Assembly: GCA_964457525.1 (NCBI GenBank)
Contig: CAYWGS010000036.1
Location: 1 to 13,544, forward strand
Direction: 5' to 3'
Length of the DNA stretch: 13,544 bases
Source: an uncultured Erysipelotrichaceae bacterium
GTDB lineage: Bacteria > Bacillota_I > Bacilli_A > Erysipelotrichales > Erysipelotrichaceae
Position numbers and translations under genes: made by a program. The notes under the pieces were generated by a model. It was not told the origin of the DNA. It worked only from the letters and a program-made list of their open reading frames with translations, and did no database searches. Below, in pieces: positions 13,507-13,544 of the stretch (position 1 is the first letter of the stretch; the number at the start of each line of letters is the position of its first letter).

Positions 13507-13544
13507 CGAAATAGAATAATTAGTTTAGTCGAAAAGACAATTAA

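Noticed and set aside
1-13544. CRISPR arrays, tRNA/rRNA genes, IS elements, integrases, att-like direct repeats
   Set aside because: I found no spaced direct repeats, no cloverleaf-compatible GC-rich segments in the intergenic DNA, and no transposase/recombinase-like ORFs. Coding sequence on one strand accounts for nearly the whole window.

Overview
AT-rich, gene-dense chromosomal segment typical of a low-GC Gram-positive (Bacillota-like) genome; I cannot name the species from sequence alone. I support 19 coding units, all on the + strand, with short or overlapping junctions. I see no rRNA, tRNA, CRISPR array, transposase/integrase or terminal repeats. Most genes are small stand-alone enzymes: MBL-fold hydrolase, glyoxalase I, ASCH, DUF4256, FNR-like reductase, GNAT, NUDIX, alpha/beta hydrolase, beta-lactamase-fold serine hydrolase, isochorismatase-like hydrolase, SDR, plus an AraC/GyrI-like regulator. 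Three modules deserve a second look. (1) A membrane 7TM-PAS-GGDEF diguanylate cyclase whose 3' end overlaps the start of a Qnr/EfsQnr-like protein with 27 uninterrupted pentapeptide units. (2) A PdeH/YuxH-type EAL-HDOD c-di-GMP phosphodiesterase leading a tightly coupled string of three unrelated hydrolases. (3) An SDR - lipobox-barnase - barstar - alpha-CTD-like mini-protein chain joined by overlapping stops and starts. A pol-beta-type nucleotidyltransferase is split by a frameshift at a T5 run. Two strong Rho-independent terminators, one weaker hairpin and three promoter-like sites suggest the transcription units. Nothing here is a recognisable known defence or mobile system. The novelty claims are hypotheses based on gene linkage and need comparative genomics to test.
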